This document shows, piece by piece, positions 61,445-64,000 of a DNA stretch of 64,000 nt (position 1 is its first letter; the number at the start of each line of letters is the position of its first letter). The DNA comes from Candidatus Latescibacterota bacterium (lineage in GTDB: Bacteria; Latescibacterota; UBA2968; GCA-2709665): NCBI GenBank assembly GCA_965205485.1, contig OZ242180.1:2752001-2816000 (forward strand), in the 5' to 3' direction. Below the pieces are notes generated by a model. It worked only from the letters and a program-made list of their open reading frames with translations. It was not told where the DNA came from and made no database searches. Both the position numbers and the translations under genes were made by a program.

Positions 61445-61537
61445 TTATGTGGTCGGCAGATCGGCGGATGAGTGTCTGAATCCGGATTTTTTAACCGTGG
61501 CGGGCTACGGACACCCGCAAGAGAAAGGAGTACGACG

Positions 61538-62215
61538 ATGGCCAAGGGGATATTCTCCAGAATGGCTGACATCATCAAGGCCAACATAAACGACCTTCTG
61601 AATCGCGCGGAAGATCCGGAGAAGATGATCCGGCAGATGATCCTCGAAATGGAGGAGGCCGTTAACAAGGCGACGGCGTCCGTCGGGACGGCCGTGGCCA
61701 ACGAGAAACGTCTGGAGCGTCAGCTTCTGGACAAGACGGACCAGATCGAGGCCTGGCAGAAGAAGGCGGAACTGGCCGTGGAATCCGGCGAGGACGATCT
61801 GGCCAGGCGCGCTCTGGAACGAAAGGCCACGCTGGAAAAAGCCGCCGGGGATCTGGAAGCCGCGTTCGACGAGAGCCACAAGACCTCCGATCAGCTCAAG
61901 AAACAGCTTGGGCAGCTCAAGTCCAAACTGGACGAAGCACGCACCCGTCAGGGCGCGCTGATCGCGCGGCGACGCGCCGCTCAGGCTCGGAAGCAGATCG
62001 CCCAGGGCATTTCGGGCGTCGGTGACGACGCCTTTTCCAGCTTCGAACGCTTTCGCAGCCGGGTTGAGAATGAAGAAGCCGAAGCTTCCGCTCACGCGGA
62101 AATTGCCGGTGAAGATCCCTCGCTGGACGATACGTTCGAAAAACTGGAACGACGGAACACGGTGGAAGACGAACTCGAGGCGCTGAAGAACAAACTGCGC
62201 AAATCCGATGCGTGA
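61538..62215 (+). CDS. pspA: PspA/IM30 family protein
   Basis: MAKGIFSRMADIIKANINDLLNRAEDPEKMIRQMILEME, W..KAELAV..GEDDLAR.AL; RBS aaggag. Confidence 0.95.
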   Translation: MAKGIFSRMADIIKANINDLLNRAEDPEKMIRQMILEMEEAVNKATASVGTAVANEKRLERQLLDKTDQIEAWQKKAELAVESGEDDLARRALERKATLEKAAGDLEAAFDESHKTSDQLKKQLGQLKSKLDEARTRQGALIARRRAAQARKQIAQGISGVGDDAFSSFERFRSRVENEEAEASAHAEIAGEDPSLDDTFEKLERRNTVEDELEALKNKLRKSDA

Positions 62216-62849
62216 ATTTCGAAAAATCCTGGACGAAATCGCGTACGAGATCGACAGGACAATGCGCGACGCAACAGAGGCATGGCGTGATTTCAAGATG
62301 ACCCGACCCGCGCGGCAAGAGCCGGGAAGGGTTCGTCACCCCCGTTCGCGTCGGCTGTCCTTCCGATTCTCCGATCTGGCCACTGACGGGAGTTGTGCTA
62401 TGCGATACGCCTTCGCGCTGCTACTGAAAGTCACAGCGATTCTGTTCGTTTTCGGCGGTCTGATGGGCATAGTCTATTCCGGCTTCCGGTCGTCCGGTTT
62501 CATCCTGAACCCCCTTGACATTGTCATGGGTATCGCCGTAATCTCGTTCGCGCTGGTTTTCTGGCTGGCCGGCCGAAAGGTCCAGGTGTCGGCCGAGCAC
62601 AAGCGGTACGCGCAGTATCAACACCGCCTGCTCAGGCTCGCACGCGAGAAAGGCGGCAGCCTCACCGTTCTGGAGGCGGCTACGGACGGGAGGATGACCG
62701 TGGGAAAGGCAGAAGAGATCCTCGGTGCATTGGCCGTCGGCGGCAGCGCCGAGGTTCGGGTGTCAGAGTCCGGTCTCGTTGTGTATCACTTTCCCGAGAT
62801 TGAACATGGATCCGAAAAAACCCGGGCGAAACCGGTGTATGAACTTTGA
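62208..62849 (+). CDS. two-TM membrane protein with C-terminal winged-helix domain
   Basis: Overlaps the pspA stop; two hydrophobic helices (about aa 67-90 and 103-122); aa 141-198 follow a WH pattern. Confidence 0.75.
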   Translation: MREFRKILDEIAYEIDRTMRDATEAWRDFKMTRPARQEPGRVRHPRSRRLSFRFSDLATDGSCAMRYAFALLLKVTAILFVFGGLMGIVYSGFRSSGFILNPLDIVMGIAVISFALVFWLAGRKVQVSAEHKRYAQYQHRLLRLAREKGGSLTVLEAATDGRMTVGKAEEILGALAVGGSAEVRVSESGLVVYHFPEIEHGSEKTRAKPVYEL

Positions 62850-62876
62850 TACATTCGAAAATCACGGAGGGATGTC

Positions 62877-63092
62877 ATGTTTGAAGTCGGTATTGGCGTT
62901 GCGCTGATCGTCCTTGCCGTGGCGGTCCTCAAATACGTGGAGCGGCAGACAAAGGGTACCGTCCCCGGTAAGGTCGAGGAACGCCTGAATGCCCGGCTGG
63001 ACGACCTTGACAGGAGACTGACCGATATCCAGGAAATCATGATCGCGATCGACGAAAAGCTGAATCGCCAGGACTCGGGAGGCGCGTCGTGA
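62877..63092 (+). CDS. small TM + coiled-coil protein (PspB-like architecture)
   Basis: N-terminal TM then RLDDLDRRLTDIQEIMIAIDEKL; RBS ggagg. Confidence 0.75.
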   Translation: MFEVGIGVALIVLAVAVLKYVERQTKGTVPGKVEERLNARLDDLDRRLTDIQEIMIAIDEKLNRQDSGGAS

Positions 63093-63175
63093 ATCGCGCC
63101 AGGTTCACCGGATTACCTGAAGCGCGATCGGCCAGTATCAGAATCATATCTGCTCAAGAAACGGGGCGTTGAATC

Positions 63176-63550
63176 ATGAACACACAGCACATTCACGTCG
63201 GCGAGCGGATTCAGGGTGGGACGGCCGTTGTCACCATCAGCGGCGATCCGATCGCCCTGCCGGAGGTGGCGCCGCTCCGACGCGAAATATCGAACCTTGT
63301 AAACGGAGGCGCTCGCACCGTCGTGGTCGACCTTTCACGCGTGAACCACATGGGCGCCGCCATGCTTGGTGAACTGGCGAGGGGCATTAAAGCCACCCGA
63401 GACGCCGGAGGCGACCTGAGGTTGAGCGGCGTTTCCCGTCGTATCCGAAGAGTCCTCGCATTGACAGGACTCTCTCGATTCTTCAAGCAGGCCGAGATTG
63501 GAAACGGTACGACGGAAGCCGCCAGCCGAAACGTCAAAAAAGTGGCTTGA
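63176..63550 (+). CDS. STAS-domain protein (anti-sigma factor antagonist-like)
   Basis: VVVDLSRVNHMGAAMLGEL...GGDLRLSG...VLALTGL. Confidence 0.85.
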   Translation: MNTQHIHVGERIQGGTAVVTISGDPIALPEVAPLRREISNLVNGGARTVVVDLSRVNHMGAAMLGELARGIKATRDAGGDLRLSGVSRRIRRVLALTGLSRFFKQAEIGNGTTEAASRNVKKVA

Positions 63551-63615
63551 GACTTCAAATCGTCGGAATGCCGTCGCCACACAATCAAACGCGGGGACTT
63601 CAGAGGAGGGAAAGT

Positions 63616-64000
63616 ATGAGTTGGATTCTGGAACTGGCGTTGGCGCTTTGCCTGCTGATCGTTGCGGGTGGATACTCCGTTTATCTGATGACTCCCGGCA
63701 ACAAGAAGCCCAGTGGATCCACTGTGGGGATTTTCCTGGCGGTGGCGGCCGTCGGTTTCGTTGTCTGGGCATTCACGTCGGAACGGTGGAACCTGCTTCC
63801 TGGCGCCGAAGACATTCCCACTATTACCCTGACCGGCAATACCGCCGGTCTAACGGGTGAAAGCGTGAGACTATTTCTGGAAAATCAGAGACGCCTGGAG
63901 TCAACTGCCGGTAAACTCGAGGACGTCGCAGACCGTCTCGAGTTGGCGCAATCCGGAACAGGTCTGGGCATTGCGATGGAGATCGGCATTGGGATCTGTC
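63616..64000 (+). CDS. hypothetical membrane protein, runs off the right edge
   Basis: RBS gaggagg, ATG 63616; MSWILELALALCLLIVAGG...GIFLAVAAVGFVVWAF.., open to the window end. Confidence 0.65.
   Translation, partial: MSWILELALALCLLIVAGGYSVYLMTPGNKKPSGSTVGIFLAVAAVGFVVWAFTSERWNLLPGAEDIPTITLTGNTAGLTGESVRLFLENQRRLESTAGKLEDVADRLELAQSGTGLGIAMEIGIGIC

Overview
GC-rich (roughly 60-65% by eye) bacterial chromosomal window from a diderm. Gene content (EF-hand/dockerin-like 'DFDGDG..GFSDF' exported protein, FadL-like barrel with lipoprotein, sulfatase-fold and amidohydrolase genes) suggests an FCB-related, Latescibacterota/Gemmatimonadota-like lineage; this is inference. Housekeeping genes: glnS, gltX, prs, split carB, pyrK/pyrD, nnr, thiL, His6-type hisA, arfB, copA, ubiX plus an MqnP-like prenyltransferase, and three tRNAs. 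Accessory content: a Zur-box-controlled metal uptake operon, a minus-strand hydrolase cluster, a PIN toxin-antitoxin pair and several families of short dispersed repeats. Most notable: (1) a sigma54-type pspA (bacterial ESCRT-III) operon whose second gene encodes a membrane-anchored winged helix resembling ESCRT-II Vps22/Snf8, followed by PspB-like and STAS genes; (2) an Rdx/SelW-type selenoprotein (CxxU plus SECIS-like hairpin) only partly called by the ORF track, with a 91-bp tandem duplication of its 5' end; (3) carB split in two with a MITE-end-like sequence at the junction; (4) a BNR-propeller/amidase fusion and two sulfatase-fold enzymes with Thr at the nucleophile position; (5) a HAD + ubiquitin-like + PRTase islet between two tRNA-Ser genes. 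Family assignments come from motif recognition only; no searches were run.
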